From NCBI GenBank assembly GCA_044222185.1, contig JBGANV010000003.1, positions 512,001 through 576,000 of the forward strand: DNA of 64,000 nucleotides. The letters run 5' to 3'. The translations under genes and the position numbers were made by a program. The notes below the pieces were generated by a model. That model searched no databases. It saw nothing but the letters and a program-made list of their open reading frames with translations, and had not been told where the DNA came from. Each line of letters starts with the position of its first letter. Position 1 is the stretch's first letter. Of the stretch, positions 30,632 to 40,700 are shown one piece after another. The DNA comes from Planctomycetota bacterium (GTDB taxonomy: Bacteria; Planctomycetota; GCA-002687715; CAIWVZ01).

Positions 30632-30666
30632 AAAAGAGACAACCCGGAACAGGCGTCCCGGGTTGT
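30632..30666 (-). terminator. Intrinsic terminator-like hairpin upstream of mreB
   Basis: Minus strand reads ACAACCCGGGA-CGCCTG-TTCCGGGTTGT followed by CTCTTTT. Confidence 0.6.
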
Positions 30667-30722
30667 ATCAAACAAGCATCAGTGATGAACCCGCAGTTCG
30701 CGGCATTCGTCACTGGCGTCAG

Positions 30723-30899
30723 TCATGGCCACGAGGCCGCGTACCACTTGCCCATCGCGCGCTCGGCGATCACGATCGCGAGCAGGAGGAGCACGGTCGT
30801 CAGGATGACGATGCCGCTGGTCATCCCCTTGGCGTTGTCCTCTGACATCGCCATGGCCCCGCCCTGGTCCATGTCCTGGTCGTCCATTTCGTCTGCCAT
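30723..30899 (-). CDS. 58-aa single-TM microprotein with acidic Met-rich N-terminus
   Basis: MADEMDDQDMDQGGAMAMSEDNAKG-MTSGIVILTTVLLLLAIVIA-ERAMGKWYAASWP; host-like codon usage. Confidence 0.7.
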   Translation of the reverse strand: MADEMDDQDMDQGGAMAMSEDNAKGMTSGIVILTTVLLLLAIVIAERAMGKWYAASWP

Positions 30900-30965
30900 C
30901 GTTTTGTCTCGTTTGGTTGGACTGGGTCGGGTGGCCCATGTGGGCTCACCCAAGCACAGGGTTGT

Positions 30966-31820
30966 TCAGTTCAGCGTGTTCAGGGCCAGGTCGCCGACCA
31001 TGACGGTCTCGCCCGGCTTCAGAACCTTGAGCGTGCCCGACGCCGTGTTCTCCGAGACGTTGTCGACCGACATGCGGCCGATGTAGCTCGAACCACGGAC
31101 GAGGTCGAACACGTACCCGCGGGAAACCTTGCGGTTCGCGCCCACGTTGACCTGGACGAGCTTCGTCGCCATGTCGACGCCGAGGACGCGGGCGTCAGAG
31201 ATGCTCTCCATGGCAACCATGCCGGAGAAGTCGATGCCCTGCTTGCGGGCGATCTCGATGAGGAGGTCAGCCTCGTGCTTGGCGTCGGCCAGCGCTTTGT
31301 GCTGCTTCTCGAGGTCCGCGAACTTGTTCTCGCCAGCGAGGATCGAGTCCTTCATCTTGGCGACTTCGGCGTTCGCCTTCCGCTCGTTGTCCTGCGCCGC
31401 GAGGATGTCCGTGCCGAGCTTCGTGTTCGCCTCGGTGAGCTTGGCGCGCTCATCCTGCATGCGCTTCATCGTCTCGTTCATGTCCGCGACGTTCTTGTTC
31501 GCGGCCGCGATCTGGGTGTCCTTGTCGGCGATCTGCGTCTTCAGAGTCTTGTTCTCTGAATCGAGCCGGCCGTTGGCGCCCTCGAAGTTCGAGGACTTCT
31601 CCTTCGTCGCAGTCAGGTCGCCGTTCAAGCGCTCGACTTCGCGCTTGGAGGCATTGAGCTGCTGTTCGAGGTTGGCCTTCTCGGCTGCACGATCTTTCAC
31701 CTCTTTCTCGTGCTTGCCCTTCCAGTCCGCCTGGTGACCCAGGAAGGCGCCCGCCACGCACATGAAGCCGGCGGCCAAGATGAGGTTCAAAACGACGAAC
31801 ACCCGCGCAATCTGGCTCAT
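30966..31820 (-). CDS. N-terminally anchored coiled-coil protein with C-terminal small beta-barrel
   Basis: TM helix VFVVLNLILAAGFM; about 180 aa of K/E/A-rich heptads; C-terminal LVQVNVGA..V..G..F...RG..YIG...V. Confidence 0.85.
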   Translation of the reverse strand: MSQIARVFVVLNLILAAGFMCVAGAFLGHQADWKGKHEKEVKDRAAEKANLEQQLNASKREVERLNGDLTATKEKSSNFEGANGRLDSENKTLKTQIADKDTQIAAANKNVADMNETMKRMQDERAKLTEANTKLGTDILAAQDNERKANAEVAKMKDSILAGENKFADLEKQHKALADAKHEADLLIEIARKQGIDFSGMVAMESISDARVLGVDMATKLVQVNVGANRKVSRGYVFDLVRGSSYIGRMSVDNVSENTASGTLKVLKPGETVMVGDLALNTLN

Positions 31821-31908
31821 GAATGTCTCCGTGGGAAACACCTCGCCACCCGTGCATCCCAATGCTCACGGGGTCCAGGACGTGGGCGTTTCCGATTCCG
31901 AGGCGTGG

Positions 31909-31936
31909 ATTGTAGGACTGGAGAAGGCTTTGTCAA
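31909..31936 (-). promoter_or_regulatory. Near-consensus sigma-70 promoter
   Basis: Minus strand TTGACA-16 nt-TACAAT upstream of the coiled-coil gene. Confidence 0.75.
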
Positions 31937-31962
31937 CGCACCCAACTCGAAGGCAGGCTTGA

Positions 31963-33696
31963 TCAGGTGGCGCGGATCCTACCACGCCACACGAGGAACA
32001 TGAGAAGGGCAGTTGCCCCGAGCCAGACCGAATCGCCAAAGCGGACGACGGCCGTCATGCGGTGAGACACGGGAATTCGGCCCAGAAGCACGCCGCGGAC
32101 CTGCGTTCGGCGGCCCGCCGCGTCCTCGACGACGGCCATCCGGACGCCGTCCGGAGCGATGAGCGTGCTCACCCCGGAATTCGAGACTCGAAAGAGCGAC
32201 CGGCCCGTCTCCACCGCCCGGAAAATCGCCGCCACGTCCACCAGCTCGAGTTCGGCGGACCCGTCGAACCAGGCGTCGTTGCTCATGTTGACGTGGAAAT
32301 CCGCGCCAGCCCGAACGCTCTCCCGGAAGAACCTCGGGAACACGATCTCGAAGCAGATCGTCGGGCTTGCCCGTACCGGGCCCGCAGGCCCGGGAACGTC
32401 GAACACCATCGTCTCGGCACCGCCGGTCAGGTCGGGGATGTAGCCGGCCACATCCTTCACGAGCTGAAGGAGGCCGTCGTGCCCGGCCATGCCGGCCGGA
32501 AGGGGCACGTACTCCCCGAACGGGCACAGCAGCCGCTTCGCGTACACCTCGCCCGTGGGCTTGCCGCCCCGAACGACCCAGGCGACGTTCCGCTCGACGA
32601 TCCCGTTGCGGTCGTCATCTCGCCCGACGACGCCGGGTCCGAGCCTCGCCCCGCGGATGAGCCCCAGGAGCGTCACCTGCCCGTCGCCGTGCAGCACCAT
32701 CCGCTCGAATGGGATCGGAGGCTTCCCCGAGTCGGGCTCCAGGAGGACCTGCGTCAGCCGTCGATCGAGCGTCTCGTCCGGCTCCAGGATGCTCGGCGAG
32801 AAGCTCGTTTCCGGCCAGACGATCATGTCGGGACGCGCTCCACCGGCCTCGGCCATCAACGCCGCCATGTTGTCCATGTGGCGGTAGAGCCGCCGGTGGG
32901 ACTCGAGCCTCCGGCGCCGCTGCTCGGCCGCCACGGCGACCGGATCCTTGGGATCCACGGGAACGGCGGCAGGGTCGAGCCTCTCGATCTGGGGGATGTT
33001 GGGCTGCAAGCCTGCAACCAAGGGGCCCGGTTCGAACTCCCGCGGCCGGATCGCCATGCCGAGGATCTGCGCCGCCGCGATCACCACCCCGGCGAGGATC
33101 ACCGGCCGCACCCACCGGCGCTCCCCCACCGAGGCCCTGGCCCGCCATCGGATCCACGCCTGCGCCACCAGGGAATTCACCGTGACGACCACGAGCCCGA
33201 TCAGGTGGACGCGCCCGAGCGACGCCAGCTGGATCAGGTCCGTCCAGCCCGCCTGCGGATAACCCAGCGATCCCCACGTGAGCCCGTCCAGGCAGGTATC
33301 CCGCAGGACCTCCACCAGGACGATGATCAAAGGATCGGTCAGCGCAGGCGAGCCCCCACTGCGGGTGCGCGTCCACCAGATGGCGCGCCCCGTGAGCCAC
33401 GAAAACGGCACGCCCAGCACCGGAACGGCGAACACGAGCGGTGGTGCCACCGTTCCGACCCACGCCAGCAGGCAGACGTGGAGGAAGAACTGTCCGATCA
33501 CCCATTGGAGCCCGAATCGGCGCGCGCCGAGGTCGGCGCACGACCGCACCATCCACGGGACGAGGGCGATCCAGGAAAGCGGCCACAGGTTCAGCGGATG
33601 GAAGCTCGCCGCCCACAGCCCGATCGACGCGAGCATCCATGCGAGGTCGACCCAGAACACCCGGCGGGATGGCTTCGCGGGGGTTTCACGGCTCAC
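31963..33696 (-). CDS. lnt: Apolipoprotein N-acyltransferase
   Basis: QPNIPQ, WPETS, K..LCPFGEYVP, ICFEI, SNDAWF and RVSNSGVS motifs. Confidence 0.95.
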   Translation of the reverse strand: MSRETPAKPSRRVFWVDLAWMLASIGLWAASFHPLNLWPLSWIALVPWMVRSCADLGARRFGLQWVIGQFFLHVCLLAWVGTVAPPLVFAVPVLGVPFSWLTGRAIWWTRTRSGGSPALTDPLIIVLVEVLRDTCLDGLTWGSLGYPQAGWTDLIQLASLGRVHLIGLVVVTVNSLVAQAWIRWRARASVGERRWVRPVILAGVVIAAAQILGMAIRPREFEPGPLVAGLQPNIPQIERLDPAAVPVDPKDPVAVAAEQRRRRLESHRRLYRHMDNMAALMAEAGGARPDMIVWPETSFSPSILEPDETLDRRLTQVLLEPDSGKPPIPFERMVLHGDGQVTLLGLIRGARLGPGVVGRDDDRNGIVERNVAWVVRGGKPTGEVYAKRLLCPFGEYVPLPAGMAGHDGLLQLVKDVAGYIPDLTGGAETMVFDVPGPAGPVRASPTICFEIVFPRFFRESVRAGADFHVNMSNDAWFDGSAELELVDVAAIFRAVETGRSLFRVSNSGVSTLIAPDGVRMAVVEDAAGRRTQVRGVLLGRIPVSHRMTAVVRFGDSVWLGATALLMFLVWRGRIRAT

Positions 33697-34957
33697 GGGA
33701 GACCAGTCTTCTCGGGCGGAGCGCTCGGTTGGCGAGCCGCTCCACCAAGACGCGGTCGCCGGGCCGGGGTGCCGGCCCGGAGCTCTCGACGACGATCAGG
33801 CCGTTGGCATCGACGACACCGCGCAAGTCCGCCGACCCGTGCCAGACGAGCGGCTTGACCGAAAGGCCACCTTCGCCTGCCACGACGACGGCAGGGACGT
33901 GCTGCGTGCGGGCGATCACCTTGATCTCACGATCGTGATCGAGCGTCGCCCAGAGCCGCTCCGCTTCCACGTCCGAACGCCCGAGGCACGCCAGGAGGTA
34001 GGGCCGAACGAACAATTCGAACGTGACGAAGGACGACACGGGATTGCCGGGCAGCCCGAAGACCGTGCAGCGCGAACCGTCGCCGCGGGAAACCGTGCCG
34101 AAGAGCAGGGGTTTCCCTGGCTTGATGCTCACCTTCTCGACCTTGACCTGCAGACCCCGCGCCTTCAGCTCGACGCCGACCAGGTCGAGATCGCCCATGG
34201 AGACGCCGCCGGAGAGGATCAGGACGTCATGGCCCAGCCCGACGTCCAGGAACTCGCGGAGGCTCTCGCGGGTGTCCCGCGCGATCCCCGGGCGGAACAC
34301 GCGCAGAGCGCTGGAGACCTGGCGGACCTGCAGGTCGAGCAGGATGCCGTTGGATTCCCGGATCTGGCCGGGGCCGGGGGCCGGTCCCATCGGCGGGACC
34401 AGCTCGTCTCCCGTGGGAATCACGCAGACCGTCGGCGGACGGTAGGTCGGGACGGGGTCGACGCCGACGGAGGCGAGCAGCGAGAGCGCCGCAGCGTCCA
34501 GCTCGACCCCGGCGCGGACGACCACGTCCCCCCTGCGAACGTCCTCGCCCAGCCGGCAGACGTTCTGCCAGGGGTTCACCGATCGCCGGAGCTCGACGGT
34601 TCGCCCGTCGGCCGAGAGCGTCGAATCCTCGACCATCACCACGGCGTCCGCTCCCGGGGGAAGCGGTGCGCCCGTCATGATCTTCCAGGTCTCGCCAGCG
34701 GTCAGCGGGGCCGGCGGCGTCTGTCCGGCATGGATCGCACCGCGAACGACGAGCGCCGCAGGGACCTTCGCGACGTCCGCCGCGCGCACTGCCCACCCGT
34801 CCATGGACGATTTCTCGAACGGCGGCATGTCCACGTCCGCGACGGCATCGCGGGCGAGCACGCGCCCGAAGGCGAGGCCCATGGGCACCTCGTCGACGGA
34901 CCGGGTGGCGGGCGCTTCCCCAAGGATGATTCGAAGCGCCGAAGCCTTGTCGAGCAC
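33686..34957 (-). CDS. moeA: Molybdopterin molybdotransferase
   Basis: PPFEKSSMDGWAV, IMTGAPLP, TGDEL, SGGVSMGD, KPGKP and GLPGNPVS motifs. Confidence 0.96.
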   Translation of the reverse strand: MLDKASALRIILGEAPATRSVDEVPMGLAFGRVLARDAVADVDMPPFEKSSMDGWAVRAADVAKVPAALVVRGAIHAGQTPPAPLTAGETWKIMTGAPLPPGADAVVMVEDSTLSADGRTVELRRSVNPWQNVCRLGEDVRRGDVVVRAGVELDAAALSLLASVGVDPVPTYRPPTVCVIPTGDELVPPMGPAPGPGQIRESNGILLDLQVRQVSSALRVFRPGIARDTRESLREFLDVGLGHDVLILSGGVSMGDLDLVGVELKARGLQVKVEKVSIKPGKPLLFGTVSRGDGSRCTVFGLPGNPVSSFVTFELFVRPYLLACLGRSDVEAERLWATLDHDREIKVIARTQHVPAVVVAGEGGLSVKPLVWHGSADLRGVVDANGLIVVESSGPAPRPGDRVLVERLANRALRPRRLVSREP

Positions 34958-34958
34958 G

Positions 34959-36290
34959 TCAGATCTCCACGATCGGCGAGGCCGGATCGATCACATCCAT
35001 GAACGCCGACACGCTGAACACGGCGCGCCCCACCCCCGCGGGTCCATAGCCGGAGGGCGCAGGCACCCCGAGGCGATGGTGGGTGTCGCGCCAGAGTCGG
35101 AGGAGCCCCACGTGATATTCGAGCGGGGCGGGCCCGTTGGTGGCGCCGAGCTCCGACAGGGGCTCGGGGCACCAGGTCGTGAACCGCGGCATCACGCCGT
35201 GCCGCATGAAGAAGTCGAGCCCTTCGCCCGTCGATGCAAGCGCCTCGGCGATGGTCGCGAACCCGTAGGGCCTGGAGAGCTCGATCCCCGCGACGAAGTT
35301 CGGGATGACGCGCCACGGTCCGAACACGTCCACCGAGTCGATGATCCGCCGGATCCAGGTGTCGCGTCCCACGTAGCGAGCCTTCCCGGGGCAGATGCGT
35401 TCGAACTTCTCCTTGTCCCAGATCTCGTAATTCGGGTGGTAGATGCGGATCCCGGCGGCGCGGATCCGTCGCAGGTCCGACACCGGGAGGGCCTGAACGA
35501 CCATCTTCCCGATCCAGCGGCGGGGGAATTCGGCTTCGATGGCCTCCGCGTACCGGACGTAGAAGGACGCCTCATCCAGTCCGTCGAGTGTCGTGGTGAC
35601 ACTCCCGCCCGTCAGCGTGTAGGCGCCCGGGGTTGCGCCCGAGGCCACGACCCGCCGGAGCGCATCCAGGACGCGCTCGACCGGCTTCACGGGGAAGTAA
35701 GGCCTCCCCTCCTCCCGTTGCTGCCGAAAGTTGTTGTTGATGTCGCAGAACCGGCATTCCTCCTCGCGGCCGAAGTACTGGCACACGCGAAAGACGGTGA
35801 GGTAGAGCAGGTATCCCCACTCGATCGAGGGCGCCACCTCGGTGATCGGGGTGCCGTCCGTCGTGGTCTGACCGTAGTAGGGCGGCCGCGGAGAGAAGCC
35901 CACCTCCGCCACGGGCACGCCGTCGCCAAAGAGCATCGCCTTGCCGTCCGGTCCCACGTCGACCTTCCAGGGGCTCGAGGGGTTCAGCCGGACGGACACC
36001 ACCACGCGGCGGAACCCCCAGGGCCCGCCGGAGAGCGAGATCTCCTCCGGCGCGCGGTCGCGCTCCACGCCCTCCATGTCCTTCAGCGGCTCGTGGTCGA
36101 ACGAGAAGATGAAATACGACTTGCGGGCATAGTCCGCGCTCGTTTCGAGCGCCGCCGCCTCGAGCCAGACGCCGCGGCGCAGCACGTCCTCCTTGACGAC
36201 CGCTTCGCGCGGGATGTCGGGGAAGGTGGCATGGACGGCTTCGATCTCGCGAAGGACCGCGCCGTCCGTGGTCGCCGGCGGACGATTCAT
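34959..36290 (-). CDS. Radical SAM protein with non-canonical CX8CX2C motif
   Basis: CQYFGREEECRFC motif, TLTGG and NYEIWD...CPGK. Confidence 0.85.
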   Translation of the reverse strand: MNRPPATTDGAVLREIEAVHATFPDIPREAVVKEDVLRRGVWLEAAALETSADYARKSYFIFSFDHEPLKDMEGVERDRAPEEISLSGGPWGFRRVVVSVRLNPSSPWKVDVGPDGKAMLFGDGVPVAEVGFSPRPPYYGQTTTDGTPITEVAPSIEWGYLLYLTVFRVCQYFGREEECRFCDINNNFRQQREEGRPYFPVKPVERVLDALRRVVASGATPGAYTLTGGSVTTTLDGLDEASFYVRYAEAIEAEFPRRWIGKMVVQALPVSDLRRIRAAGIRIYHPNYEIWDKEKFERICPGKARYVGRDTWIRRIIDSVDVFGPWRVIPNFVAGIELSRPYGFATIAEALASTGEGLDFFMRHGVMPRFTTWCPEPLSELGATNGPAPLEYHVGLLRLWRDTHHRLGVPAPSGYGPAGVGRAVFSVSAFMDVIDPASPIVEI

Positions 36291-36451
36291 GGCGCCGATG
36301 ATCCCATCCGCGTCCTGCGTCGCAAAGATGCGCGATTCGCGCCGAATCCGGCCGGACGCCGTGCGCCCGCGGCACGAGCCGTCGATGCTACGATCCCCGC
36401 CTCGCTGCGCCGCCGAACCCTGGCGGCGCCAGACCAACCGGAGCCCGACAC

Positions 36452-37756
36452 TTGCGCCCGACCTCGCCGTGCCTTCTCCTGGCCTTCCTCGTCGGCTTGC
36501 TCGCCTGCGGCGGCTGCCTCGACTTCGGCAAGAAGAAGGAGGAGAAGAAGGAGACGGCTCCCGAGGTGCCGCTCATCCGACCGGCGCCCCTCGCCCGCCG
36601 CACCCTCAACAGGACCATCGAGATCACCGGTGAGGTGGAGGCGTTGAGCCGGGTCGAGGTCACGCCGCGCCTGGGGGGCGTCCAGGTCCTCGCACTGAAG
36701 GCCGACCTCGGCGATACGGTCAAGATCGGGGATGAACTCGCCCTGCTCGACGGCATCGACATGCAGATCGAGCGCGACGACGCGCGGGTCGTAGCCGCCG
36801 AGTGCCAGGTCCGCACCTCCGACGCGGCCCTCGCGGTCAAGGAGCTGGAGGCCCAGCTTCGGGGCCAGAGGCTCTCGACGGAGCAGGCCCGCAAGGCCGT
36901 CGATCGCGCCAAGGCCCAGGCCGAGAAGGGCGCCATCGCCCAGGAGCAGCTCGATTCGGCGCAGTCGAAATACGACACCGAGAAGGCCGGCGAGGAGCGG
37001 CTCGCCGTGCAGATCGAGAAGAGTCGCGTCGCCGAGGAGCTCGCCCGCAAGGCGGCGGAGAAGGCGGCGCTTTCCTTGTCGAAAGCGGAGCGGAACGTCC
37101 AATGGGCGTCGGTGAAGGCGCCCATCTCCGGGATCATCTCCAAGCGTCCCGGGAAACTCGGGCAGCAGACCGTGGCGGGGCAGCCGCTGTTCGAGATCTT
37201 CGACCCCACGACCACGTCCGTCACGGCTCAGATCACGCAGCGCGATCTGCCCCACGTGCGCGCCGGCATGAGGGTCGAGCTTCGCACCGACGCCCTCCCG
37301 AACGAGGTGTTCGATTCGGAGGTGACGATCGTGTCCCCCGTCATCGATCCGCAGGCGGGGACGGTGCCCATTCGCATCTCCGTGAAGGATCCGGCCAAGC
37401 TGAAGCCCGGTCTCTTCGTCTCGGGCCGCATCGTCGTCGAGGCGAAACCCAACGTGCTCGTCGCGCCGAAGAAGGCCGTGCTCTACGAACGCGAGCGGCC
37501 CTACGTCTTCAAACTCGAGTCGGCGCCCGGCGGCACGCTCCGGGTGAACCGCGTGTTCTTCCGCGAAGGGCTCTCGGGCCGCGACGAGGTGGAGATGATC
37601 TTCGGCGACGAGAGCGACGGCCGGACGATCGTCGACACGGATCGGATCGTGCTCGTCGGGCAGGATCGGCTGCGAGACGGCGACGTGGTCCAGCTCGAAT
37701 CGCCGTCGAGCCGCCCCTCGGACGCGCCCCAATCGAAGTCGTCGGCGGGCAATTGA
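36452..37756 (+). CDS. RND efflux periplasmic adaptor (MFP), lipoprotein
   Basis: LLACGGC lipobox; lipoyl/coiled-coil/VKAPISG architecture; LKPGLF and GQDRLRDG motifs. Confidence 0.92.
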   Translation: MRPTSPCLLLAFLVGLLACGGCLDFGKKKEEKKETAPEVPLIRPAPLARRTLNRTIEITGEVEALSRVEVTPRLGGVQVLALKADLGDTVKIGDELALLDGIDMQIERDDARVVAAECQVRTSDAALAVKELEAQLRGQRLSTEQARKAVDRAKAQAEKGAIAQEQLDSAQSKYDTEKAGEERLAVQIEKSRVAEELARKAAEKAALSLSKAERNVQWASVKAPISGIISKRPGKLGQQTVAGQPLFEIFDPTTTSVTAQITQRDLPHVRAGMRVELRTDALPNEVFDSEVTIVSPVIDPQAGTVPIRISVKDPAKLKPGLFVSGRIVVEAKPNVLVAPKKAVLYERERPYVFKLESAPGGTLRVNRVFFREGLSGRDEVEMIFGDESDGRTIVDTDRIVLVGQDRLRDGDVVQLESPSSRPSDAPQSKSSAGN

Positions 37757-37757
37757 C

Positions 37758-40700
37758 GTGACGGCGCCGAACGCGGAGCCGGGCTCTCCCCTCACGTCCG
37801 ATTCGCCCTCGCCGGCACGGGCCGCGGAGGCCGCGAAGTCGGGCCTCGCCCATTTCGTCGTGAGTCGCCCCGTGGCGGTCACGATGATGGTGCTCGCGGT
37901 CTGCGTGTTCGGCGCTGTGTCGCTGGGGAAGCTCCCGGTCACCCTGCTTCCCGAGCTGAGCTATCCGACGCTCACGGTCCGGACGGACTACCCGGGTGCC
38001 GCGCCGGCGGAGATCGAAGAACTCATCACCAAGCCACTCGAGGAGAACCTCGCGGTCGTCTCCAACCTCACGAGCTACCGCAGCATCTCGCGCGCAGGTT
38101 CGAGCGACGTCATCCTCGAGTTCTCGTGGAACACGCCCATGCAGTTCGCGGTGCAGGACGTGCGCGAGAAGGTGGACCAGCTCCTGCCCCGCCTCCCGCG
38201 AGGCGTCGAGCGGTCGTTGATCCTGCGGTACGACCCCACCTTCGATCCGATCCTCCGAATCGGCCTCTACGGCGACGCCGACCTGTTCCGTCTGCGCTGG
38301 TACGCCGACGAGGAACTGAAGCGACGCCTCGAGAACACGCCCGGCGTCGCCGCCGTGAAGGTGAAGGGTGGATACGAGAAGGAACTCCGGGTCGAGCTCG
38401 ACGAGAAGCTCCTCCGACAGAACAAGATCTCGCTGGAGTCGATCAACCAGCGTTTGCAGCAGGAGAACGTGAACGTCGCCGGCGGCATCCTGCGGGATGG
38501 GGACGTCGAGTACCTCGTCCGCACGCTGAACGAGTTCAGGACGCCGGACGAGATCGGCGCGCTCGTCATCTCCATGCAGGGCGGGCAGCCCGTTCGCCTC
38601 AATCAGCTGGGGCGGATCACGCCCACGAACAAGGAACGCGACGTCATCACGCGCATCGAGGGACGGGAGTCCGTCGAGATCGAGATCTACAAGGAGGCCG
38701 ACGCCAACCTCGTGCAGGTTGGTCAGGCGGTGAAGACGCGGCTGTTCGGAAAGGAATGGCGCAAGGACCTCGTCGATGGCGAGTTCCGGGGCAAACCCGA
38801 GTCCCAGGATGAATCCGAGGGCACCAAGAAGATGGGGCCCGAGCAGGCGAAGCCCATCGCCGCACTGATGCCCGCCGAGATGAAGCTGAAAGTCCTCGGC
38901 GACAGCTCCGTCTTCATCGAACAGAGCCTGGCGGAGGTGCGGGACAACGCGCTGCAGGGAGCCGTCCTCGCGATTCTCGTGCTCTACGCCTTTCTCCGCC
39001 GCTTCAAGCCCACCTTCATCATCGCGATCTCGATCCCGATCTCGATCCTGGCCACGTTCGCGCCGCTCTACCTGATGGGCGTGAGCCTCAACATCATGTC
39101 GCTCGGCGGGCTCGCGCTGGGCGTCGGCATGCTGGTCGACAACTCCATCGTCGTGCTCGAGGCCGTCACGCGCAGACGAGAACTCGGCGAGAGCGTTTTC
39201 GCCGCGGCCGTCAACGGCACGCAGGAGATGGCCGTGTCCGTCTGGGGGTCGACGCTCACGACCATCGTCGTCTTCCTGCCGATCGTCTTCGTGGAGGGCG
39301 TGTCGGGGCAGATGTTCCACGACCAGGCGCTGGCGATCGTCTTCAGCCTGGCGGCATCGCTGGTGGCGGCGATCGTCCTCGTCCCCATGCTCGCGAGCCT
39401 GGGCGCAGGGTTCGGCCGCACGACCGCGGCGGGTACCACGACGCGGCTGGGCGCTCTCGCGAAGGTGGCTGGCGTGGACGGCTCCCCGTGGATCTCGTGG
39501 CGCCAGCTCGCCATCGCGCCAGGTACTTCCGCATTCAATCTTCTTTGGAAGGTGCCGCTCGCGGTCACGCAGGTTCCCGTCGAGCTCGCCGGCCGCGCGC
39601 TGGCGACCGTGTCGCTCGTGGTGATCGGCCTCGTCGCCGGCGTCGTCGGCGGAGCGGGCTGGTTGATCAGCAAGGTGTGCTGGCCTCTGCTGTGGCTCTT
39701 CGAGAAGTCGTTCAACGGCTTCCAGTCGTTCCTGTCGTGGCTCCTTCGCGTGGCGCTGAAGGCCCGCTTCCTGACCACGCTGATCGTCCTCGGGCTGTCG
39801 TACGCCGCGTTTCGTGAAGCCGTCGGCCTGAAGGAAGACCTGATCCCGCCGGTCCACCAGGGCCTCTTCTACATCGAGTGTCAGCTGGACGTGGGAACGT
39901 CCGTCGACCAGACGGATGAGCGCACGAAGGACCTCGCGAACATCGTTCGCGATGCGATCACGCGCGAAGGCATCCAGATCGCCAGCATCTCGTCGGCCGT
40001 GGGCGTGCCTCGAGACGCCATCGCGAAGCCGGGCGACGGCTCGCACACGTCGCGGCTCTACGTCCAGCTCCGGACGGGCGCCGAACTCTCCGCCGTCGAA
40101 GAGCGCGCACGCACCGCGGCGCGCCACGCCCTGGAGCGCGTGACGGGGATCGGCGTCCCCGTGATCGACGCGCCGCAGATCGTCCAGACCCGCTCGCGCC
40201 TCGAGGTCGAGCTCGTGGGCACGGAGACGAACAGCCTGCGCGACGCCACCTCGCTGCTCGAGCGGGCCGTCGAGCAGGTCCCGGGTGTCATCGGTGCGCG
40301 CAGCACCGTGCGGCGCGGCCGCCCCGAGATCACGATCCGCTATGACCGCGAGGCGCTCGCCCGCTACGACCTTCGCCTCGCCGACGTCGCGGGCACGATC
40401 CGCAACAAGATCCAGGGCGTCGTCGCCACGCGCTTCACGGAGCACGAGCGCAAGATCGACGTCGTCACGCGCCTGCCGAAGGACGACCTGACGTCCGTCG
40501 CCACGCTCACGAACCTCCAGATCAACCCGGGACGCACACCGCCGATCCCGCTCTCCGCCGTGGCGCAGATCGACGTCGCGGACGGCCCCGCCGAGATCCG
40601 CCACGTGGGTGGACGCCGCGCCGAGATCATCGCGGCCGACCTCACGGGCATGGACCTGCGGGGGGCGGGGCGCGAGATCGAGCGTCGCGCGAGTGAGCTC

